This document shows, piece by piece, positions 26,870 to 35,484 of a stretch of 39,071 nt of DNA (position 1 is its first letter; the number at the start of each line of letters is the position of its first letter). The position numbers and the translations under genes are program-made. This DNA comes from Gemmatimonadales bacterium. Lineage in GTDB: Bacteria; Gemmatimonadota; Gemmatimonadetes; Gemmatimonadales; GWC2-71-9. Location of the stretch: assembly GCA_035540075.1 (NCBI GenBank), contig DATLHD010000101.1, forward strand, positions 1 to 39,071, written 5' to 3'. The notes beneath the pieces were generated by a model that saw only the letters and a program-made list of their open reading frames with translations, was not told where the DNA came from and did not search any database.

Positions 26870-28177
26870 TCAGCCTCCTCGGGTACCGAGCCTGGCGCGC
26901 ACGGTCGTTACTTTGTCGCCACGGCGGATCACGATGCTCACGGTGTCTCCCGGCGCGTGGCTCCGGAGCGCTTCGCTCATGGCCTGCAGGTCCGGTATTT
27001 CCATGCTTCCGATCCGGGTGATGATGTCGTCGCCCCGGAGCCCTGCCTGCTCTGCCGGGCTGCCCGCACGCACGCCGAGGAGCCGTACCCCGCCGGGATT
27101 GTCGGTCATATCCGGGATCGTGCCGAGGTAGGTCCCGTAAGCAGGCGCGCTGGTGGTGGTGCCCATCGCGTGTGAGGGCGGAGGCACCTCGACCGGCGTG
27201 AGCCTGGTTGGTCGGTTGGCGATCGCGGTTACCAGTCCCACCGTGAAGTTGGTCACTCGCCGGAACCCTTCGGGATCGATCTTCTCCCAGTCGTCCGTGG
27301 TGCGGTGGTAGTCTTCGTGCAGGTCGGTGAAGATGTGCAGCACCGGCAGACCCGCCGCGTAGAACGACGACTGGTCGCTCGGGCCGTAGCCGTCGCCCTG
27401 AGCCTTGAGATCGAACCCCGCGTGCCAGTTCAGGGAGTCGAGCAGGGTGGGGAACTCCTTCGCCGTGCGCGACCCGTAGACGATGAGCCGGCCGTTCCGC
27501 AGTCTCCCGACCATGTCGAGGTTGATCATCGCCGACGTGGTGGTGAGGGAATAGACCGGCTGCTTCACGTAATAGGCCGATCCCAGCAAACCCAGTTCCT
27601 CGCCGCTGAAGGCGATGAAGAGCACGGTGCGCGCCGGCGGCGCCTGGGCGAGCCGCGAGGCGATCTGGATCAGCATCGCGGCACCCGAGGCGTTGTCATC
27701 CGCCCCGTTGTGCACCTTGCCGGTGCTGTCGGGATCCAGGCTGCCGAACCCGCCGAGGCCCAGGTGATCGTAGTGGGCACCGACGATGACGGCCTCGTTG
27801 CGTAGGTTCGGGTCGTGACCCGGCAGCAGGCCGATCACGTTCCGCCCCACCAGGCCACCCACCCGGGCCGACTGCGCCACCGGCGCCTCCTTGGCGACCG
27901 TGAACGACTGGAACCAGCCGCCCGCGGCGGGCTGCAGCCCGACCTGCTCGAATCGCCGGGCGAGGTAGGCGGCGGCGGTATCCGCTCCGGGTGAGCCGGT
28001 CATCCGGCCCTGGAGCCGGTCGTCGCTCAGGTAGCGGATGTCATCGATGGCCGTGATCGGCGGCGGGGCCGGCTTCACCACCGGCTGCTGCTGGGTGCCG
28101 AATTGTGCCTGCAATCCCGCCGGCGCGGCGAGCAGAAACAGCGCCGCGAGGCGGGACGTGAATGTCGGGCGGATCAT
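26870..28177 (-). CDS. Secreted M28 peptidase with C-terminal PDZ domain
   Basis: Signal peptide MIRPTFTSRLAALFLLAAPAGLQAQ. M28 motifs GAHYDHLG, GADDNASGAAML, FSGEELGLLGS, NLDMVG and GPSDQSSF. PDZ-like GVRAGSPAEQAGLRGDDIITRIG. Confidence 0.9.
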   Translation of the reverse strand: MIRPTFTSRLAALFLLAAPAGLQAQFGTQQQPVVKPAPPPITAIDDIRYLSDDRLQGRMTGSPGADTAAAYLARRFEQVGLQPAAGGWFQSFTVAKEAPVAQSARVGGLVGRNVIGLLPGHDPNLRNEAVIVGAHYDHLGLGGFGSLDPDSTGKVHNGADDNASGAAMLIQIASRLAQAPPARTVLFIAFSGEELGLLGSAYYVKQPVYSLTTTSAMINLDMVGRLRNGRLIVYGSRTAKEFPTLLDSLNWHAGFDLKAQGDGYGPSDQSSFYAAGLPVLHIFTDLHEDYHRTTDDWEKIDPEGFRRVTNFTVGLVTAIANRPTRLTPVEVPPPSHAMGTTTSAPAYGTYLGTIPDMTDNPGGVRLLGVRAGSPAEQAGLRGDDIITRIGSMEIPDLQAMSEALRSHAPGDTVSIVIRRGDKVTTVRARLGTRGG

Positions 28178-28194
28178 GCCGAAAGATAGCGCTG

Positions 28195-29265
28195 CTAGCG
28201 GGGCACGAAATCGGTATTGGGGTTCAGTCGGCGGGCGAAGGCGGCAAGCAGCCGAGCGGTCCGGTCGAGGTCCTCCAGCGCGACCATCTCATTGGGGCTG
28301 TGCATGTAGCGGTTTGGAACCGACACCAGCGCTGTGGCCACGCCTCGGTGCGCGTTATAGATCGCCTCCGCGTCGGTGCGGGTATCGCGAGAGGCGGCTT
28401 CGATCGTGTAGGGAATGCCCTCCGCCTCGGCGGCGGCGGCGAGCAGCTCGAAGACCACCTCGCTGACCGAGGCCCCCCGGGAGAGGACCGGCCCGCCGCC
28501 GAGGCGGTAGTCCCCGTGCCGCCGCTTGTCCACACCGGGATAGTCGGTGGCATGGGTGACATCCACCACGACGGCCACGTCGGGCTCGAGCGATGCGGCC
28601 GAGCTGCGTGCGCCGCCGCCGGTGGCGGCAATCTCCTCGCGGGTGGTCGCCACAGCGGTCACCGAGGCCGCCGCCTTGCCGTCCCGCGCGAGCTGTCGCA
28701 GCGCTTCCAGCACCACGAACGCCCCGATTCGGTTGTCGATGCTCCGGCTCACCAGCCGGCCGTTGGGGAACTCGAGCACCGCGGTGGCCAGCACCCCCGG
28801 GTCGCCGACCCGTAACTGCCGCTCGGCCTCGGCCCGGTCCGTGGCGCCGATATCGATCCACAGGCTCTCGACCTTGGAGACTCGCTCCCGGTCGTCCTTA
28901 TCCATGATGTGGATCGCCTTCTTGCCCACGACGCCGGTGACCGGGCCGCCCCGTCCAAGTAGCCGCACACGCTGTCCCACGAACACCTGCGGATCCCACC
29001 CCCCGATGGTGTCGAAGCTGACGAACCCGTCGTCGTCGATGTGCGTCACCATCACGCCGATCTCGTCGATGTGGCCGGCCAACATCACCCGGGGCCGGCC
29101 GCCAGGGTTCAGCGTCGCGTAGGAGTTGCCGGCTACGTCGGCGCGAACCTCGTCAGCGAGCGGCTCGGCCTCTCGCCGCCACGCCCTGGCCGGAGCGATC
29201 TCGAAGGAGGAAGGGCCCGGTGTATCGAGCAGGGTCTTGAGGAAGGCGAGGGATTCGGGGGTCAT
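28195..29265 (-). CDS. M42-family aminopeptidase (FrvX/PepA-like)
   Basis: 356 aa from ATG 29265. FLKTLLDTPGPSSFE, MLAGHIDEIGVMVTHIDDDGF and SIDNRIGA. ATGA overlap with the upstream GNAT gene. The longer track ORF was rejected. Confidence 0.9.
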   Translation of the reverse strand: MTPESLAFLKTLLDTPGPSSFEIAPARAWRREAEPLADEVRADVAGNSYATLNPGGRPRVMLAGHIDEIGVMVTHIDDDGFVSFDTIGGWDPQVFVGQRVRLLGRGGPVTGVVGKKAIHIMDKDDRERVSKVESLWIDIGATDRAEAERQLRVGDPGVLATAVLEFPNGRLVSRSIDNRIGAFVVLEALRQLARDGKAAASVTAVATTREEIAATGGGARSSAASLEPDVAVVVDVTHATDYPGVDKRRHGDYRLGGGPVLSRGASVSEVVFELLAAAAEAEGIPYTIEAASRDTRTDAEAIYNAHRGVATALVSVPNRYMHSPNEMVALEDLDRTARLLAAFARRLNPNTDFVPR

Positions 29266-29762
29266 GGCGCGCCGAGTGAGGGACGAGGGTTCTGTCGCAG
29301 GTCGAGCTCGAGAAATCGGGCACCGGGCACGGGATTGTGCCGGTACGGAGCGATCTCCTCGAAGCCGAGCGCGAGATAGAGACGCTGCGCCGAGCCCATC
29401 GCGGGCAAGGTGTCGAGTCGCATGCGCCGGTAGCCCGCGTCGCGCGCATCGCTCACGGCCCGCTCCGCCAGCCGGCGGCCCCAGCCGCCCCCGCGCGCCG
29501 ACGGCCGCACGTAGAGACGCTTCATTTCCGCGATGTCGGGCGCAACCGGGCGGAAGGCGACACACCCCACCGGCTCGCTGCCTTCGAATCCGAGCATGAG
29601 ACCACCGGCCGGGCGGATGTATTCGCCCGGCAGGCCGGCCAGCTCCTCGGCGAAGTGCTGGAAGCCGAGATCGACCTCGAGCGCGGCGGCGTACTCCTCG
29701 AAGAGACCTCTCGCGATCACGAGCGATTCCGGAGTCTCGGCCTCGAGGATCCGCGGCGGCAT
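29262..29762 (-). CDS. GNAT-family N-acetyltransferase
   Basis: 166 aa from ATG 29762. Acetyl-CoA motif A RLYVRPSARGGGWGRRLAE (R/Q-x-x-G-x-G/A). Confidence 0.85.
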   Translation of the reverse strand: MPPRILEAETPESLVIARGLFEEYAAALEVDLGFQHFAEELAGLPGEYIRPAGGLMLGFEGSEPVGCVAFRPVAPDIAEMKRLYVRPSARGGGWGRRLAERAVSDARDAGYRRMRLDTLPAMGSAQRLYLALGFEEIAPYRHNPVPGARFLELDLRQNPRPSLGAP

Positions 29763-29763
29763 A

Positions 29764-30678
29764 TCACATCCTGCCCGAGGGCGTGGACGTCGGTGAACCG
29801 GAGCGCCACCGAGCGAGGTCCGGCCGCTCCTGCCCCAGAAGCGCACCCGAAAGGAGCTCGGCGCCATCCACGATGCGTGGACCCGAGCGCGAGGTGTAGG
29901 CGTTGCCGTCGATCACCCACGTCGGCACCGCACGGAGCACCTCGAGCGCTGCCGGGTCCGCCAGCGCCGACAACTCGGCCAGGGAGCGCTCCAATCCAAA
30001 GCCGCACAGCATGACGACCATCAGATCCGGGCGCAGCTCATTGAGCTCCCGCCACTGCCGCCGCGCCGAATGGTCGCCTGGAGCCGCACCCACATCGGTA
30101 CCACCCGCGGCCTCCACCAGCTCGGGAACCCAGTGGCCGGCGAGGTAGAGCGGCTCCAGCCACTCTACACAGACGACCCGCGGCCGTCTTGCGACCTGCC
30201 GATCCCTGAGCCGACCCAGGCGCTCCTCCAGCCCCCTCACGAGATCCGTACCCGCCGCGGTCCGGCCGAGGGCTCCCGCCACGGCGAGGATATCGCTCAT
30301 GATCCCCGCGACCGTCCGCCCAGACAGCGTGAGCAGCGTCGGCGCAGGGTGCATAACCGCCGCCAGCCGGTAGACCGCTCCCTCCGCGACCGCGCATACC
30401 TCGCAGAGGTCTTGGGTCACGATCAGCTCCGGCGCCAGCCGGCGGAGGACCTCGGCGTCCACGCCGATGACCGGCTTGCCCGCCGCGTGCAGGCGCCGCA
30501 CCTCGGCGTCGATGGCCGATCCGGACGCGCCCGGGTCGATCGGAGTGGCCGTGACGCGGGGAAGGCCCAGGACGTGGGCCGGATAGTCGCACTCGTGGGA
30601 GATGCCCACCAGGCTGCCGGCCTCTCCGAGTGCCGCCACGATCTCGGTGGCCGCCGGTAGCAAAGTTACCACCCGCAT
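29764..30678 (-). CDS. BtuF-like class III periplasmic-binding-fold protein without signal peptide
   Basis: RVVTLLPAATEIVAALG ... LVGISHECDYP ... PELIVTQDLCEVCAV is typical of the cobalamin/siderophore-binding fold. No in-frame start exists upstream, so no leader peptide. Confidence 0.75.
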   Translation of the reverse strand: MRVVTLLPAATEIVAALGEAGSLVGISHECDYPAHVLGLPRVTATPIDPGASGSAIDAEVRRLHAAGKPVIGVDAEVLRRLAPELIVTQDLCEVCAVAEGAVYRLAAVMHPAPTLLTLSGRTVAGIMSDILAVAGALGRTAAGTDLVRGLEERLGRLRDRQVARRPRVVCVEWLEPLYLAGHWVPELVEAAGGTDVGAAPGDHSARRQWRELNELRPDLMVVMLCGFGLERSLAELSALADPAALEVLRAVPTWVIDGNAYTSRSGPRIVDGAELLSGALLGQERPDLARWRSGSPTSTPSGRM

Positions 30679-31104
30679 TCAACGCTCGATCAAACGACTC
30701 GGCCGGTAGCTCCCGAAGAAGAGCAGTCCAATGAAAGTCGCGATCAGGGTTCGGAAGTCCCGGGTCAAGCTGTAGGCGACCAGGCCCAGCAGCGACGGCG
30801 CCTCAACCAGCGACCAGACGACGATGGCCTTTCCCAGGTTCTCGCGCCACCATTCGTCCTGGGAGCCGCCCGGCCGGATGGGCCCGAGCCGGGCCGCCGT
30901 GAACATGGCCCCGCCGAACAGCGTCGCGCTTACCAGGGCTAGAGCCACGTACAGCACCCGGCGGTCCGGCAGCGCTTCCGCGGGCACCGCCGCCGACTGC
31001 CCGATGTACCAGCCGACCAGCCAGAAGGTGAGCACCCCGAGCACCAGGGCGGCGTGGATGATCCGGGCGCTGATCGCAGGTGAGACCGGACTGTTCGGCG
31101 GCAC
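30679..31104 (-). CDS. Small polytopic membrane protein (hypothetical)
   Basis: 141 aa from GTG 31104, 1 nt after the OPT stop (TGAGGTG). Four hydrophobic segments. Its stop directly abuts the next gene's ATG. Confidence 0.55.
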   Translation of the reverse strand: MPPNSPVSPAISARIIHAALVLGVLTFWLVGWYIGQSAAVPAEALPDRRVLYVALALVSATLFGGAMFTAARLGPIRPGGSQDEWWRENLGKAIVVWSLVEAPSLLGLVAYSLTRDFRTLIATFIGLLFFGSYRPSRLIER

Positions 31105-31105
31105 C

Positions 31106-33295
31106 TCAGCGGCTCGCGACGCGGTACAGCAGATATCCAAGTCCGGCGTAGATGACGACGGCGACGATATCGCTCTGGGAGACGGTGCCGAGCCGCTCCT
31201 GCAGACCGACGACATGAGCCAGGTACTCGGCGGCGGGGACTCCCGCCGCGTCGGCCCGGCCCACCATCATCGCGGCGATGCCCGCGATGGTGATCCCCGC
31301 GATCGCGCCTCCGGCGATGAGCCCGCTGGAGAACAGCACACCCGGACCCGACTCCACCTCGGCCAGCGACTCGCCGCTGGTGCTCTTACGCTCCACCAGC
31401 CACCGGATGACCCCGCCGATGAACATCGAGGCGGAGGTCGAGATCGGCAGATAGACGCCCACCGCGATCGGGAGCGACTGGAGGCCCATGATCTCGATCG
31501 CGATCGTGAGACATACGCCGATGAGCACCAGGCCCCAGGGCAGCTTCCGGGTCAGGATCCCGTCGGTCACCAGCGCCATGATCGTGGCCTTGGGGGAGTC
31601 GAGCTTGGTGATCGGCCGGCCGTTGATCTCACGGATGCGCCCGCCGATGCCGGGATCCACGAGGTAGGCGACTTCCTTGGTCGTGGGGTCGAGCAGGTAC
31701 TTGCCCGGCTGCACGCCCTGGATCGGCAGGTTGACCCGAACGACCTCCCACTCCCGGCCGTCGCGCTGCATGGTCTCGCCCAACGTGGTAGCCGAGCGGT
31801 CGCCGGCGCCGGGAGCGGCCGCCTCGATCAATACACCCGGATGCCGCTCGGGGACGATCGTGGTGTAGGTGTTGTTGAGCAGGGTTAGGGTCCAGCCGAT
31901 GGCGAGCGCCGAAGTCACCGCCCCGATCAGGATAGCGATCTGCTGCCGTTTGGGTGTGGCGCCGACAAGGAAGCCGGTCTTGAGGTCCTGGCTGGTGGCG
32001 CCGGCGTTCCCCGCGGCCACCGCGATGACGGCGGCGATGGTGAGAGCGCCGACCCGATGGTCCACTCCGGTCCAGCCGATCAGGAGGAAAATCGTCGCGG
32101 TCCCGATCAGCGCGGCGATGGTCATGCCCGAGATCGGATTGGCGCTCACGCCGATCTCCCCGGTGATGCGGGAGGAGACCACCACGAAGAAGAATCCGAA
32201 GATCACGATCAGCACCGCGCCCAGCAGGTTGACCGCAAGCTGCGGGAGCAAGGTGAGGACCAGCACCAGCAGCACGGCGCCGACCGGCGTAACCCAGATG
32301 GGGAGGTCGACATCGGTCCGCACCCGGGCGGCCGCGTCGCCGACACTGCGGCGCAGGTCGTCGAAGCCGGAGCGGAACGCGGCCACGATGGTCGGGAGCG
32401 CGCGGACCAGCGCGATGATTCCCGCGGTCGCGACCGCGCCGGCGCCGATGTAGAACACGAAGTAGGAGCGGACCTCGCTCGGGCTCATCTCGCCGATGAG
32501 CTTGGGCTCGGCGAAGATCGGGGTGGTGAGTCCGGAGCCGAAGAGCTTGATCGCGGGGATGAGCACCATGTAGGCGAGAAACCCACCGGCGAACAGATAG
32601 CCGGCGATCCGCGGCCCGATGATGTAGCCGACCCCCATCAGCTCCGGCGAGACCTCCGCCGAGATCGAGGCGCCCTGGTAGGTCCGCGAGATCCAGCCGG
32701 GATACTCCTTCCATCCCCGAAGGCCAGCCATCAGGAACTTGTAGGAAAACGCGACCCCGAACGCCTGGAACAGCCGCCGCGCCTGGAGTCCGCCCTTCTC
32801 ACCCGCGATCAGGACTTCAGCGCAGGCGGTGCCTTCGGGGTAGGGCAGCCGGCCGTGCTCCTTCACGATCAGCGCCCGGCGGAGCGGGATCATGAGCAGC
32901 ACGCCCAGGATGCCTCCGACCACCGCGACCACCGCCACCTTGCCGATGGACAGGTCGTACCCCAGCAGGAGAATGGCCGGGAGAGTGAAGACGATGCCCG
33001 CGGCGATGGACTCGCCCGCCGAGCCGGTCGTCTGCACGATGTTGTTCTCCAGGATGGTGGATTTCCCCAGGGTCCTGAAGAAGGCGACCGCGAGCACGGC
33101 GATCGGGATGGAGGCCGATACGGTCAGGCCGATCTTCAGCGCCAGGTAGACACTGGAGGCGGCGAAGACGATGCCGAGCACCGCCCCCAGTGCGACGGCA
33201 CGAACGGTCAGCTCGGCCGGCGACTGGGTGGGGGAAACAAAAGGCTGAAAGCCATGAGTCTCGGACGTCGGGCGGGGTACGGATGCGGTGACCAT
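31106..33295 (-). CDS. OPT-superfamily oligopeptide transporter
   Basis: About 729 aa from ATG 33295. SVYLALKIGLTVSASIPIAVLA, ILENNIVQTTGSAGESIAAGIVFTLPA and many TM segments are typical of bacterial OPT proteins. Confidence 0.9.
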   Translation of the reverse strand: MVTASVPRPTSETHGFQPFVSPTQSPAELTVRAVALGAVLGIVFAASSVYLALKIGLTVSASIPIAVLAVAFFRTLGKSTILENNIVQTTGSAGESIAAGIVFTLPAILLLGYDLSIGKVAVVAVVGGILGVLLMIPLRRALIVKEHGRLPYPEGTACAEVLIAGEKGGLQARRLFQAFGVAFSYKFLMAGLRGWKEYPGWISRTYQGASISAEVSPELMGVGYIIGPRIAGYLFAGGFLAYMVLIPAIKLFGSGLTTPIFAEPKLIGEMSPSEVRSYFVFYIGAGAVATAGIIALVRALPTIVAAFRSGFDDLRRSVGDAAARVRTDVDLPIWVTPVGAVLLVLVLTLLPQLAVNLLGAVLIVIFGFFFVVVSSRITGEIGVSANPISGMTIAALIGTATIFLLIGWTGVDHRVGALTIAAVIAVAAGNAGATSQDLKTGFLVGATPKRQQIAILIGAVTSALAIGWTLTLLNNTYTTIVPERHPGVLIEAAAPGAGDRSATTLGETMQRDGREWEVVRVNLPIQGVQPGKYLLDPTTKEVAYLVDPGIGGRIREINGRPITKLDSPKATIMALVTDGILTRKLPWGLVLIGVCLTIAIEIMGLQSLPIAVGVYLPISTSASMFIGGVIRWLVERKSTSGESLAEVESGPGVLFSSGLIAGGAIAGITIAGIAAMMVGRADAAGVPAAEYLAHVVGLQERLGTVSQSDIVAVVIYAGLGYLLYRVASR

Positions 33296-33497
33296 GCGTT
33301 CCGGTGGGTGGAAGGTGTCTGGGATAGTACGGCCCCAGGCGTCGCGCCGGAAGACGCGCCCCAAGGCCGGTCACGCGGCGCGTCCCACCCGCATTCCGCG
33401 CGGCGGGTGAGCATCGTCACGGCGGTCAAATCCGTCTCCCGCTAGGATATGCGAGTCCGAAGGACCGCCATGGATTCAATATCTCTGGGAGGCCGGT

Positions 33498-33647
33498 ATG
33501 CTCTGGACGATCTTCGTGATCCTGCTGGTGCTGTGGCTGCTCGGCATGGTGTCATCGTACACCATGGGTGGGTTCATCCACATTCTGCTGGTCGTCGCCC
33601 TGGCGATTCTCCTGATTCGCGTCATCCAGGGCCGGCGCCCGGTATGA
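33498..33647 (+). CDS. Lmo0937-family small membrane protein (49 aa), below the ORF-track size cutoff
   Basis: Hand translation: MLWTIFVILLVLWLLGMVSSYTMGGFIHILLVVALAILLIRVIQGRRPV. GGGAGG lies 5 nt upstream of the ATG. The TGA overlaps the next ATG (ATGA at 33644-33647). Confidence 0.75.
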   Translation: MLWTIFVILLVLWLLGMVSSYTMGGFIHILLVVALAILLIRVIQGRRPV

Positions 33648-33865
33648 AGCCCGGTACGATCATCGGGCTCATCCTGATCGTGCTCGGCGTGGTGGGGTTC
33701 GCCCTGGGCGGATTCTCATTCACGCACAAGGAGAAGGTGCTGGACGTGGGGCCGATCGAGGCCACCGCGGACGACAAGGACACCGTGCCGATCCCGCCGA
33801 TCCTGGCCGGTCTCGCCCTCGTCGGTGGTGTGGTCCTCGTGGCCGCGAGCGCGCGCAGGACGTAA
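33644..33865 (+). CDS. Small two-TM membrane protein (DUF3185-like)
   Basis: 73 aa: MKPGTIIGLILIVLGVVGFALGGFSFTHKEKVLDVGPIEATADDKDTVPIPPILAGLALVGGVVLVAASARRT. The first 65 codons of the 138-aa track ORF are the alternate frame of the Lmo0937-like gene. Confidence 0.7.
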   Translation: MKPGTIIGLILIVLGVVGFALGGFSFTHKEKVLDVGPIEATADDKDTVPIPPILAGLALVGGVVLVAASARRT

Positions 33866-33868
33866 GAC

Positions 33869-33898
33869 GCCGGCCGCGGGCATTCGCCCGCGGCCGGC
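33869..33898. terminator. Bidirectional terminator hairpin between the small membrane gene and PBP4
   Basis: Perfect 13-bp stem GCCGGCCGCGGGC / GCCCGCGGCCGGC with loop ATTC. It starts 4 nt after the TAA at 33863-33865 and lies 30 nt downstream of the minus-strand stop at 33928. Confidence 0.75.
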
Positions 33899-33927
33899 TT
33901 CACCACTCCCGGTCTCCACCGCCCGGA

Positions 33928-35484
33928 TCAGTCCGTCACGGCGTCCGCGGCGGCGGTTTCGGCAGTGCCCGTCGTATCCGAGTCGCTGCCCATCTGGATC
34001 GGCGGAGCGGGCACGCTGTCAGTGGGAATGACCACACCATTGGCGCCGAGCTCCCGGAAGAGCTTCCACTGCGCCTGCCGTGCCGCCCAGGGGCGGTTTC
34101 CGTTGTACATCAGGCTCACCAGCAGCACTCCGTCCGAAGTGCCGAGATAGCCGACCACGGTCGAGACCTGCTGCAGGGTTCCGGTCTTGGCCCGCACCAC
34201 GCCTGCGCCGGGGAAGCCGGTGTTCAGGCGGCGCAGGGTCCCGGTGCCGTTGGCCGGCAGGAGCTGGGGGAAGTTCTGACCCGCGGCCGTGCCGGGGAAC
34301 TTGGCCAGGTAGGCGATGAACGCCGACGGCGCGACCCGATCCTCGTACGACAATCCGCTGCCGTCCGCCAAGTACACGCCCTCCGATGAACCGATCACTT
34401 CGCGCACGTGCTGGGTCAGCCGCTCGTGGGCCCGATCCCGGCCGCCCGCCCACTGGAGCAGCAGCTCGGCGCCGAGGTTGAGGCTCCGGCGGTTGATCTC
34501 GCTCGCGAGCGAGTCGAGCGAGGCCGACGCCACCTCCGCGAGAACCTGGGGCGCGCCTTCCGGCGGCGGGCTCGCCGAAGGGGCACGATTCCAGGAGATG
34601 CCTGCCTTGGCCAGCGCGGAGCCCCAGACCGCGTTCAGCACCACCTTGGGGTCCGAGGCCACGGCGGTGAGGCGCCGGGAATAGGCACGGACGCCTATGG
34701 TCCCGGACACGATCCAGCCGCCGTCCTTGCGGCGACCGAGCCGCAGGCGTGACCGTCGGCCGGCCTTGGTGGTAGCCGTGACGGTCACCAGCGAGGTGAT
34801 GCCCTGGGGAGCGGTCTCCACCAGACGCGCCTTGTGTCCGACCTTGGCTCCGGGCCGCACGGTGATCCACACGATGTTCTCGTGCAGGGTCAGCGGTCCG
34901 ACCGGTGGCGCGAAGAGGCGGCCGCGGTGGCGGCTCGACCATGCCGCGGGGTAGGCCGCATATGCCGGACCCTCGGCACTCTGCACGTGCAATGGGCCCT
35001 TGAGTTTCCGGATGCCCCCGCTGGCGAGTTGGAGGGCGAGGTCGTAGAGCGACGGACCGGATCCTTGCGCGCGCTCCAGGGTGGGGTCGCCGTTGAGCTC
35101 GAGGGCCCAGCTCCCTTCCCAGGCGCCGGTCTCGGGGTTCAGGACCCCGATGCCCACCACCCGGGTCGGTCGGCGAGCCGTGCCGCCCAGCACGCTCCGG
35201 GCGAAGCCGGTGGTGAAGAGCTTCACCGTGGAGGCCGGCATCAACGGCTGGTCGGGATTCATGCTCCAGAGCATCCGACCCGCATGGTCGGCCACGGCGA
35301 TGCCCCATTGACCAGGGGCCCTGAGGGAGCTGGTCTCGTACCAGGCGGTCAGTCGGGCGGTGAGCGCGAGGTTGGTTGCCGGGAGGTCAGCCGTGCCCTG
35401 GGCGAGCGCCTGAGAGGCAGGCGCGAGCGCGCAGGCAAGGGCCAGAGCTGGGGCGAAACGACGGTTGAACGACGGCAGCGACAA
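33928..35484 (-). CDS. dacB: D-alanyl-D-alanine carboxypeptidase/endopeptidase, PBP4 family (S13)
   Basis: Signal peptide (RRFAPALALACALAPASQALAQG), SxxK motif PASTVKLFT and KTG motif RAKTGTL. TTG start, preceded by GAGGG. Confidence 0.9.
   Translation of the reverse strand: MSLPSFNRRFAPALALACALAPASQALAQGTADLPATNLALTARLTAWYETSSLRAPGQWGIAVADHAGRMLWSMNPDQPLMPASTVKLFTTGFARSVLGGTARRPTRVVGIGVLNPETGAWEGSWALELNGDPTLERAQGSGPSLYDLALQLASGGIRKLKGPLHVQSAEGPAYAAYPAAWSSRHRGRLFAPPVGPLTLHENIVWITVRPGAKVGHKARLVETAPQGITSLVTVTATTKAGRRSRLRLGRRKDGGWIVSGTIGVRAYSRRLTAVASDPKVVLNAVWGSALAKAGISWNRAPSASPPPEGAPQVLAEVASASLDSLASEINRRSLNLGAELLLQWAGGRDRAHERLTQHVREVIGSSEGVYLADGSGLSYEDRVAPSAFIAYLAKFPGTAAGQNFPQLLPANGTGTLRRLNTGFPGAGVVRAKTGTLQQVSTVVGYLGTSDGVLLVSLMYNGNRPWAARQAQWKLFRELGANGVVIPTDSVPAPPIQMGSDSDTTGTAETAAADAVTD

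Noticed and set aside
29266-29565. 100-codon upstream extension of the M42 peptidase ORF, and similar extensions of the GNAT ORF (to 29867) and the small TM protein ORF (to 31215)
   Set aside because: These are alternate-frame overlaps with upstream genes. Shorter starts give clean stop/start junctions and sensible N-termini.
33449-33643. First 65 codons of the 138-aa plus-strand ORF
   Set aside because: This is a frame-shifted reading of the Lmo0937-like gene. The translation (MRVRRTAMDSISLGGRYALDD...) has no membrane or family character, whereas the other frame gives a textbook small membrane protein with an SD.
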